In this document: in pieces, positions 56,283 through 64,000 of the stretch
Layout: each line of letters opens with the position of its first letter
Numbering within the stretch: position 1 is the stretch's first letter
Assembly (NCBI GenBank): GCA_037445955.1
Contig: JBBIJM010000005.1
Location: 1,693-65,692 of the forward strand
Length of the DNA: 64,000 nt
Origin: Syntrophobacterales bacterium
GTDB taxonomy: Bacteria; Desulfobacterota; Syntrophia; Syntrophales; CAMTWB01
Direction of reading: 5' to 3'
The notes under the pieces: generated by a model
Seen by the model: only the letters and a program-made list of their open reading frames with translations
What the model was told of the DNA's origin: nothing
The model's database searches: none
Program-made: the position numbers and the translations under genes

Positions 56283-57638
56283 TTAAGATTCTCCAAGTTC
56301 GGCCTTCACCACCCGGGCGATAAGATTGCAGTAACGGGATGCCTCCTCCTCGGTGGGGGCCTCGACCATGATCCGGCAGAGGTTCTGGGTTCCCGAATAA
56401 CGGACGAGCACCCTGCCTTGCCTGCCCAACTGAGATTCGACCTCCCGGATTACCCGGATGATCGCCGGAACGGAAGATAGGTTTTTTTTAGTTTTAACCT
56501 CGACATTGACGAGCTTCTGGGGAAATACCTCCATGATCTTCGCCAGTTCCGAAAGAGGCTGTCCGGTCTTCCGCATCGCTGCCGCCACCTGAAGGGCGGT
56601 GATGATCCCGTCGCCGGTGGTATGATAGGGGAGAACTACCAGATGTCCCGAATCTTCGCCGCCTAATACAGCGCCCCGGGCCAGCATTTCTCCCAGAACG
56701 TAACGGTCACCCACCTGGGTCATGGTGGAGTCTATCCCGAGCCGGTCCAAGGCGAGGCCGAGGCCGATGTTGCTCATTACCGTTCGCACGACCATATTGT
56801 TGGCCAGCCGGCCCTCGTTCTTGAGCTGCCGGGCGAGGACCGCGAGGATCTGGTCTCCCGTGAGGACCTTCCCTTCTTCATCGACGGCGATCACCCGATC
56901 GCCGTCGCCGTCGAAGGCAAATCCTACCTGGGCCTTTCTTCTTACCACCTCGTCAGCCAGACTCCGGGGATGCTGGGAGCCGCAATTCACGTTTATGTTC
57001 AAGCCGTCGGGTTTGTCGAAGATGGCGGAAACCTCCGCCCCGAGCTCAAAGAAGGTCTCCGGCGCCACCCGGTAGGCGGCCCCGTGGGCGCAGTCCAAAA
57101 CCACCTTCATGCCCTCCAGGGAGAGCTCTTTCGGGAAAGAATTTTTGAGAAACACGATGTACCGTCCCCGGGCGTCCTCCAGGCGATAGGCCTTGCCGAT
57201 TTGTGCAGGCGAGGTCGCGGGACTGCCGCCGGGGGACAGGACCAGTTCCTCGATCACCAGCTCGGCCTCGTCGGACAGTTTGAACCCGTCGCCCCCGAAG
57301 ATCTTGATCCCGTTATCCTCGACGGGGTTGTGGGAAGCGGAGACAACCATCCCCGCATCGGCCCTCATGCTGCTTGTGAGAAAGGCGACCGCCGGAGTCG
57401 GCATCACCCCGACCAGGATGGGATTTACCCCGACGGAACAGAGCCCCGCGGCCAGGGCGTATTCGAAGATGTATCCCGAGAGCCTGGTATCCTTGCCGAT
57501 GACGATCTTCGGGTTGTGGCCCTTCCGTTTGAAAAGGGAGGCGCAGGCCCTGCCCACAAGAAGGGCCATTTCCGCGGTCATAGGATACTGGCCCACCGTC
57601 CCCCTGATTCCGTCAGTGCCGAAAAGACGTTTCATCAT
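56283..57638 (-). CDS. glmM: phosphoglucosamine mutase
   Basis: 451 aa with LFGTDGIRG, the active-site motif SASHNP and GGEDSGH. Confidence 0.94.
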   Translation of the reverse strand: MMKRLFGTDGIRGTVGQYPMTAEMALLVGRACASLFKRKGHNPKIVIGKDTRLSGYIFEYALAAGLCSVGVNPILVGVMPTPAVAFLTSSMRADAGMVVSASHNPVEDNGIKIFGGDGFKLSDEAELVIEELVLSPGGSPATSPAQIGKAYRLEDARGRYIVFLKNSFPKELSLEGMKVVLDCAHGAAYRVAPETFFELGAEVSAIFDKPDGLNINVNCGSQHPRSLADEVVRRKAQVGFAFDGDGDRVIAVDEEGKVLTGDQILAVLARQLKNEGRLANNMVVRTVMSNIGLGLALDRLGIDSTMTQVGDRYVLGEMLARGAVLGGEDSGHLVVLPYHTTGDGIITALQVAAAMRKTGQPLSELAKIMEVFPQKLVNVEVKTKKNLSSVPAIIRVIREVESQLGRQGRVLVRYSGTQNLCRIMVEAPTEEEASRYCNLIARVVKAELGES

Positions 57639-57850
57639 CTCTCCTTATCCCGGTGTTTTTTCGTTGATCCGCCCGGGCGGTTAAGCCCCGGGTTAGTTTC
57701 TTAATCCACTCGGAGAGGATTTGCAACAACAACGAAGTTCTCCATTGTAAATACCCCGGTTTTAGGATACAAAAAACCCTGTTGCAGCCGGACCCATTGC
57801 CGGCAAATCCAAAAGAAAAAAATCAAGGCAATATCTTTTCAGGAGGTTAG

Positions 57851-58783
<933 letters not shown>

Positions 58784-58804
58784 CGGGCCCGGCCGGGATA
58801 TTCC

Positions 58805-58844
58805 AAACCGCCGGAGGCGGCCAAACAGGCGCCCCCGGCGGTTT
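58805..58844. terminator. hairpin between convergent mdh and the 58845 gene
   Basis: AAACCGCCGG (58805-58814) pairs perfectly with CCGGCGGTTT (58835-58844) over a 20-nt loop. The flanks are weakly U-rich on both strands. Confidence 0.45.
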
Positions 58845-59681
58845 CTATCTCTTTACCGTGCCGAAACGGGTAACCAGGACGCTTCCCATCCCCACGACAA
58901 TAGCCAGGGTTTTGGTCAGCCAGCCCAGGTAAGGGATCCAGCCGATCACCCAGATGACCACCAGGCCGAGGGAGGTCTGGGTCATGATCCCCCGTTCTTT
59001 CTTCAATCGGAGGAGAACCTCCCTTCCGATGAGTCTTGCCGCCGCGATGAATCCCATCAGGGCAACAAGAACCCCCAGGGCTATTTCCACCGGCACCAGG
59101 ACTATCCCGACCACGGACATGGTAAGGAGAGCGGCCAGGGGGACGATGGAAATCAGGCCGACCACCCCCCAGAAACCCGCCCGGAGGGGGTTTGTCTTGA
59201 TATCTTCGGAAATCACCCCCATCTGTCTGGGCAGGAGGGCGTTTATGATAAAGGCCAAGACCAGGAGGCAAAGGAAGAAAAAGATCGAAACCAGGGCGAA
59301 TACCCAGGACCAGCCTTCCCACTCTTCGCTCAACACCAGGGCCAGAGCCCGGGAAATTTCATCGAGATTGAGCTCCATCAGATGCCCCTTGACCTCTGTC
59401 CCCCGCCCGCGGACTATCACCCCTCCCAGGGAAATCACGTCTCCTGCGACTTCGGCCGAGCCCTTGAGCACCACCGAGCTCCCGAAAGCCACAACGTTTC
59501 CTTCCACCCGGCCGCTTACCGTAATCTGACCGCCGAAGGAAACGGCGTGGCGGACCATCTCATCTTTTTCAACAACCAGTTCCGAGCCGACCTTAAATAC
59601 GCTCTTCGTCCCCCCGTAAGCCTGTTCGGAAAGGATAAGACAAAGGGGAAAAGCGATAAAATACAGGGCAAACCTTCTCAT
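58845..59681 (-). CDS. membrane protein with N-terminal bactofilin-like (polymer-forming) repeat domain
   Basis: 278 aa with a signal peptide and beta-helix-like repeats (GGQITVSGRVEGNVVAFGSSVVLKGSAEVAGDVISLGGVIV), followed by ~5 TM helices. Its SD overlaps the upstream stop (TAGGAGAGAAAAATG). Confidence 0.6.
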   Translation of the reverse strand: MRRFALYFIAFPLCLILSEQAYGGTKSVFKVGSELVVEKDEMVRHAVSFGGQITVSGRVEGNVVAFGSSVVLKGSAEVAGDVISLGGVIVRGRGTEVKGHLMELNLDEISRALALVLSEEWEGWSWVFALVSIFFFLCLLVLAFIINALLPRQMGVISEDIKTNPLRAGFWGVVGLISIVPLAALLTMSVVGIVLVPVEIALGVLVALMGFIAAARLIGREVLLRLKKERGIMTQTSLGLVVIWVIGWIPYLGWLTKTLAIVVGMGSVLVTRFGTVKR

Positions 59682-59690
59682 TTTTCTCTC

Positions 59691-60368
59691 CTAAAGGTAT
59701 CTGAGCAGAACGAATCCGCCGATAAGCAAGATAACGAAAACAACTGTAAACAAATTGAAATATTTTTCAATAAGCTCTTTGATCGAGGGGCCGTAGATGT
59801 TCAAAAGTCCCGCCACGAGAAAGAACCGGCCCGCCCGCCCGAGGAGAGAGGCCAGGATCAATACGGACAGGGGGATTTTGAATAAACCCGCCCCCAGGGT
59901 TATGGCCTTGTAAGGGATCGGGGTAAAGGCCGCCGTAAATACGGTGAGAAACGCGTTTTCGCTGTATTTCTGCCCTACATATTCCAGGGCGGCCTCGAGG
60001 CGATAGAACTCGACGATGGTCCTCCCCACGGCCTCAAAAAAAGTCCAACCGATCAGATACCCGAGCAGGGCGCCGGCTACGGATCCGGCGGTGCAGATCG
60101 CCGCATTTTGCCACCAGCGTCTAGGATCGCCGATGACCAGGGCAATGAGCAGAACGTCCGGCGGGATGGGGAAAACCGAACTTTCCGCAAAGGCGATAAA
60201 AAAAAGCGCCCAAGCGGCGCTCCGCCTTCGGGAGAGGCTGATGGTCCAGAGGTAGAGTTTACGGATAGCCCGAAGAGGCCAGGTGAGGGTATCTCGAATC
60301 ACCGGATGTCGATGCCTTTCTAAAATGGTGAGGATATCAAAAGATTTCGGCGGGAAACCGCCGGCCAC
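59691..60368 (-). CDS. YqaA/DedA-type (VTT domain) membrane protein
   Basis: 225 aa with a GTG start and the motif AFAESSVFPIPPDVLLIAL...AGSVAGALLGYLIGW. Confidence 0.75.
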   Translation of the reverse strand: MAGGFPPKSFDILTILERHRHPVIRDTLTWPLRAIRKLYLWTISLSRRRSAAWALFFIAFAESSVFPIPPDVLLIALVIGDPRRWWQNAAICTAGSVAGALLGYLIGWTFFEAVGRTIVEFYRLEAALEYVGQKYSENAFLTVFTAAFTPIPYKAITLGAGLFKIPLSVLILASLLGRAGRFFLVAGLLNIYGPSIKELIEKYFNLFTVVFVILLIGGFVLLRYL

Positions 60369-60529
60369 TTCCGGACAATATAGGAGGGGCGACGGGGATA
60401 GTCAATAGGGAATTAAAGCGGCAACCGGGGAAGAAGGGGGTTGTTTGACCGGCAGGGCCATGTTATAAGATCTTCCGTCCGCCTGGGGATGCCGTCTATT
60501 TTAAAAACGGGAGTTTTGAAAAAATGCCT

Positions 60530-60630
60530 GTCATTTCTGCTTCTCCCCTTGTCATTTCGAACGAAGCGAAAGATCTGGAGGCGGCCAAACCTTAAAGATT
60601 TCTCATCGGTTGCGCTCCAGATGAAATGAC
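60530..60630. repeat. imperfect palindromic REP-like intergenic element (GTCATTTC ... GAAATGAC)
   Basis: GTCATTTC occurs at 60530 and 60551. GTCATTTCGAACGAAGCGAAAGATCTGGAG is matched by CTCCAGATGAAATGAC (ending at 60630). It shares its termini and an AGATYT core with the element at 48362-48439. Confidence 0.6.
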
Positions 60631-60702
60631 ATTTTTCAAGGCTCTCAAGGGGCCCGGCGATACCCCGGAGCCTGCCATCAAAACAGGAGCGAATCTCACC
60701 CT

Positions 60703-61050
60703 ATGCACGAACTGGCGATCATGGAACGGGTACTAAAGACCGTCCTCATTCATGGTGAAAACAATCAGGCAGCCAAGATAGTTGCGATCAATCTGCGGGT
60801 CGGGGAATTGAGCGATCTCCTTGACGAATGGATGCAACGCTACTTCGATTACTTAAGCAAAGACACCGCGGCCCAAGGCGCCGTCCTGAAGATCGAGCGG
60901 ACGCCCATCGTCTGTTCCTGCACCTCCTGCGATCATTCCTTTACCGTCTCCAAGGATCAGCTGATGAGAAGCTGCCCTCGCTGCGGGGGGGACAAACTTG
61001 CCCTTACCGCGGGCAGGGAGTTTTATATCAAAGATATCGAGGTGATGTAA
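60703..61050 (+). CDS. hypA: hydrogenase nickel incorporation protein HypA
   Basis: 115 aa with MHELAI and a zinc site CxxC...CxxC (CTSC, CPRC). Confidence 0.92.
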   Translation: MHELAIMERVLKTVLIHGENNQAAKIVAINLRVGELSDLLDEWMQRYFDYLSKDTAAQGAVLKIERTPIVCSCTSCDHSFTVSKDQLMRSCPRCGGDKLALTAGREFYIKDIEVM

Positions 61051-61718
61051 TGACGGAGATAAAGCTGATCGAAATCAGGGAAGAGATCTTAAAGGACAAC
61101 CTCATCCAGGCGGACGACATCAGGGCAAGGCTCAAGGGGAAAAAGATATTTCTCTTAAACCTCATGTCCTCGCCGGGAAGCGGCAAGACCAGCCTCATCT
61201 TAAAGACCATTTCCGCCCTGGGTTCGGCCTTTAGGATCGCCGTGATCGAGGGGGATATCGAATCGGTGGTGGATGCGGAAAGGGTGGCCAAAACCGGGAC
61301 TCCCGCGGTGCAGCTCCGGACGGGCGGGGCCTGTCATCTTGACGCGCCGATGATCGATTCGGCACTGAACAAACTCCCCTTAGACGATCTGGATCTCGTC
61401 ATCATCGAGAATGTAGGCAATCTCGTCTGCCCGGCGGAATTCGATACCGGCGCCATGGCAAGCGGGGTTATCCTGAGCATCCCCGAGGGGGACGACAAAC
61501 CCCTCAAGTACCCCCTGATCTTCACCACCTGCCAGATCGTCATCATCAATAAAATGGACTACCTGGAAGGCTCCGACTTCGATCTGGACGCCTTCCGGCA
61601 GAGGGTGAGGCGCCTTAATCCGCAAATCAGGATAATCGAGGTCTCCTGCAAAACCGGCTCGGGCCTGGAAAGCTGGACCCGTTGGCTCAGGGACACGATC
61701 GAGGCCGAGTTCCGCTGA
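61050..61718 (+). CDS. hypB: hydrogenase nickel incorporation GTPase HypB
   Basis: Start at ATG 61050 (a TAATG overlap with hypA). P-loop SSPGSGKT, plus ENVGNLVCP and NKMD. There is no His-rich N-terminus. Confidence 0.92.
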   Translation: MTEIKLIEIREEILKDNLIQADDIRARLKGKKIFLLNLMSSPGSGKTSLILKTISALGSAFRIAVIEGDIESVVDAERVAKTGTPAVQLRTGGACHLDAPMIDSALNKLPLDDLDLVIIENVGNLVCPAEFDTGAMASGVILSIPEGDDKPLKYPLIFTTCQIVIINKMDYLEGSDFDLDAFRQRVRRLNPQIRIIEVSCKTGSGLESWTRWLRDTIEAEFR

Positions 61719-61781
61719 TCCTTCTACCTTTCCGGCGTCGGCCGGAGGCAGACCTGCGCCTGCCCCGCCGGGTTTCGAAGT

Positions 61782-63101
61782 TCAGCGTTTCCCCCGCATC
61801 TTGAGCTGGAGAAGGGGCAGGCCGAGATGTTTCCGCCTGGATTCCCCCAGGAGAACCGTCTCCTCCCGGGCGGTAGGGGAACCCCGGCGGCCCCGGCCGA
61901 GCACCGCCAGGGGATGCGAGGCCCCCAGATGCAGCGTATGCTTCCCGTAGCGGGCGGAAAGCAGATCCACCGCCTTGTAGAGATCCCGGATCCGCTCGCC
62001 CCGGAGGGGATCCTCAAAAAGGGAATACTGGACATTCCGATCGGGCAGGAGATCAAGGAGGATTATCCCCGTCGCCCGGTAAAGGACCCTTTCCTCTCTC
62101 AAGGCGAGGAAGGCCTCCCGCAGGAGCCCGGAGAGTTCGCTCGGATAGGCGGAGGGGCGGGACAGGCGGATCTCCCGTCCCAGGGTGGTAAAGTCGTTTC
62201 TTTTCAATAGTGCCACCGCTCGGCGGGCGGCCAGGTTATAACGTCTCGCTTTGATGCAGGCGGATTCGAGATTCCGCATAAGTTGGGCGAAGAGATACTC
62301 TTCGTCCCCCGTGGGCGGGGCGAAGGTTTTCATCTTGCTTATCGAGGCATAGCTGCTCTTTTCCTCGATGGAGACGGGATAGACCGACTCGCCCCGGAGC
62401 TCCCGCCAGATCTCTCTGGTCGGCTTGACAAAACGCTCCCTGATCATCCGCTCGGGAAGCCGGGCAAATTCCAGGGCCGTTTTAATCCGGAGCTTGGCCA
62501 GGTAATGGGCCGTCGCCGGGCCGATCCCCCAGATCTTCTCCACGGGAAGATCCTTAAGGTAAGAGGCGATCTCCCGGCCGGGGATAACGGTCAGACCGTC
62601 CGGTTTCCTGTGCTTCGAGGCCACCTTGGCCAGGACCTTGGTGACGCTTAAACCCAAGGAAACGGTGATTGCCAGTTCCCTCTCGATCTCCCGCTTCATC
62701 CGGGCGGCGATCTCTTCGTAGGAACCCTTGAGAACCCGGCGCATGCCGGTGATGTCGGCGAAGGCCTCGTCTATGGAATACTCCTCCACCTGGGGGGTGA
62801 ACCGGCGCATGATGTTGAACATCCGGCGGGAAAAGAGGCTGTAGGTCTCGTAATCCGAAGGCAGGACGATCAGATCGGGGCACAGGGCCCGGGCCTCGCC
62901 CAGGGGAACGCCTCGTTTTACCCCCTTGGCCTTGGCCGCGTAGCTGGCGCAGGCCACGATCCCCCGTTCACCCCCGGTGATTAAAGGCTTGCCCTTGAGC
63001 TCCGGATGGATCGCCTCTTCACAGGAGGTAAAGAAGGCATCGCCGTCGATATGCACGACCGCCTCAGGCCAGGAACGGAGACTGAAGATAAGGTCACTCA
63101 C
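61782..63101 (-). CDS. Y-family DNA polymerase (UmuC/DinB-like)
   Basis: 439 aa. The GTG start follows SD AGGGGAG. Motifs HIDGDAFFTSCE and YSIDEAFADITG are present, with SDYETY as the counterpart of UmuC SNYELY. Confidence 0.88.
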   Translation of the reverse strand: MSDLIFSLRSWPEAVVHIDGDAFFTSCEEAIHPELKGKPLITGGERGIVACASYAAKAKGVKRGVPLGEARALCPDLIVLPSDYETYSLFSRRMFNIMRRFTPQVEEYSIDEAFADITGMRRVLKGSYEEIAARMKREIERELAITVSLGLSVTKVLAKVASKHRKPDGLTVIPGREIASYLKDLPVEKIWGIGPATAHYLAKLRIKTALEFARLPERMIRERFVKPTREIWRELRGESVYPVSIEEKSSYASISKMKTFAPPTGDEEYLFAQLMRNLESACIKARRYNLAARRAVALLKRNDFTTLGREIRLSRPSAYPSELSGLLREAFLALREERVLYRATGIILLDLLPDRNVQYSLFEDPLRGERIRDLYKAVDLLSARYGKHTLHLGASHPLAVLGRGRRGSPTAREETVLLGESRRKHLGLPLLQLKMRGKR

Positions 63102-63152
63102 CTTGCTCCCCTTTTTAACCGTTAAAACTCCCGCCCCCAGACCATCGGGAAA

Positions 63153-63740
63153 CTAACGACGGTACTTCCTGATCACCGCCACCACAACCCCACCCAGGTT
63201 CAATTCCGCCTTCGGCCTGATCGGGGGATACTTGGGATTGGCCGACTCGAGCACAACCCCTCTGCCCGCCTTGCGGAAATACTTCATCGTCCATTCCCCG
63301 TCCACCTCGGCCAAAACCACATCCCCGTTTAGCGGCTCTCTCCCCTTTTCCACGATCACCAGGTCCCCCTCCCGGATCCCCTCCCCGTCCATGGAATCCC
63401 CCTTCACCTGCAGGAGAAAGGAGGCGTCGGGCCGATTGATGAGATATTCGTCGAGGGAGATCAGGTCCCGGAGTTCCTCCTCCGCGGGGCTGGGAAACCC
63501 CGCCCTGATCTCTCCCAGAAGGGGCAGGCAGAAGGCGCTTCGGGCGGGTTTTAAATGACCCGCCTGATCCTTGAGCAAAATCCCCTCTTTGATGAGTTTG
63601 TTGATCCAGAAATGGGCCACGCTTTTCGAGCGCACCTCAAAGAGCTCCATCATCTCGCCGTAGGTGGGCATCCGCCTGTTTTCCCGGAAAAATTCGGCCA
63701 GCAGCCCCGCCACCCGCGAAATCGTTCTCTTCTGCCCCAT
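63153..63740 (-). CDS. lexA: LexA-type repressor / S24 peptidase
   Basis: ATG 63740 lies 6 nt after GGAGG. It has an N-terminal winged HTH, an Ala-Gly cleavage site (EIRAGFP), the Ser motif KGDSM and a Lys in TMKYF. Confidence 0.85.
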   Translation of the reverse strand: MGQKRTISRVAGLLAEFFRENRRMPTYGEMMELFEVRSKSVAHFWINKLIKEGILLKDQAGHLKPARSAFCLPLLGEIRAGFPSPAEEELRDLISLDEYLINRPDASFLLQVKGDSMDGEGIREGDLVIVEKGREPLNGDVVLAEVDGEWTMKYFRKAGRGVVLESANPKYPPIRPKAELNLGGVVVAVIRKYRR

Positions 63741-63871
63741 CGAAACCTCCTCCCAAACCAAGATGCCTTGTCTGCGGAACAATCAAGTTGTTTTATATTG
63801 TTGCGAAATTCAGGCCTTAGCCGCAACGACCGGCGCAGGTGGTTTAAGCAAGGCCCCAGGAACCTTCCTAC

Positions 63872-63887
63872 TAGAACATCCGTTCTA
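63872..63887. promoter_or_regulatory. candidate LexA (SOS) box TAGAAC-ATCC-GTTCTA
   Basis: Perfect 6-bp inverted arms around a GAAC-N4-GTTC core, ~130 nt upstream of the lexA ATG. On the minus strand it is adjacent to a TTGCAT -35-like hexamer. Confidence 0.45.
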
Positions 63888-64000
63888 ATGCAAGATTTTT
63901 TTCGGGTGGTTTTAATTCGGGGGACATAACACTTAATTCACCGCGCCCGTTTATTCGTCTTCGGTCCGGGCTTTTGACGCTGAAGCAAACGCCCTGTCAG

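Noticed and set aside
60441-60629. A 62-aa ORF in the yqaA-hypA gap.
   Set aside because: It is made up largely of the REP-like palindromic element. It has no SD and looks like a typical repeat-derived pseudo-ORF.

Overview
This is a 64-kb, densely coding chromosomal window with moderately high GC. Its gene content looks like an anaerobic Desulfobacterota (deltaproteobacterium-like, possibly Syntrophales-like) genome; that taxonomy is inference from protein families only. I call about 53 protein-coding genes, most of them housekeeping. Main blocks: (1) One operon at 61-11861 encodes a TetR regulator, two TolC-like outer membrane factors, two periplasmic adaptors and two RND permeases. (2) A MOT1/SulP-like anion transporter, DUF2065, MazG and a Re-citrate-synthase-like enzyme fused to a Cache-like domain. 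(3) hisS-aspS, comEC, a sigma-54-type two-component pair and recJ. (4) A small accessory-looking patch at 26.8-28.35 kb holds two small cysteine-rich proteins and a TPR protein, next to hrpA. (5) xerD, then a membrane-anchored TPR protein coupled to kdsA-kdsC-lptC-lptA-lptB-rpoN-hpf-ptsN-rapZ. (6) An M23 peptidase, coaBC, a family-4 UDG, NfeD-SPFH and an MtnX-like HAD phosphatase. (7) fmdB-adk-lepA-hemW on the minus strand. (8) An Fe-ADH, rmuC, glmM plus a ferredoxin-nitroreductase, mdh, yqaA plus a bactofilin-like membrane protein, and hypAB. (9) A lexA plus Y-family polymerase operon. I saw no rRNA, tRNA, CRISPR array, transposase, prophage or recognisable defence system. I cannot point to a clear-cut novel multi-gene system. 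The best candidates for a second look are: the structured leader or small RNA in front of the PxxKW-TPR operon; the cysteine-rich small-protein patch around hrpA; the Cache-fused Re-citrate-synthase-like enzyme; an unexplained 27/53-bp repeat cluster upstream of the ADH gene; and several perfect palindromes in divergent promoter regions. All family calls come from reading the translated ORFs against remembered family signatures, with no searches run. Start codons are best guesses from N-terminal homology and Shine-Dalgarno (SD) placement.
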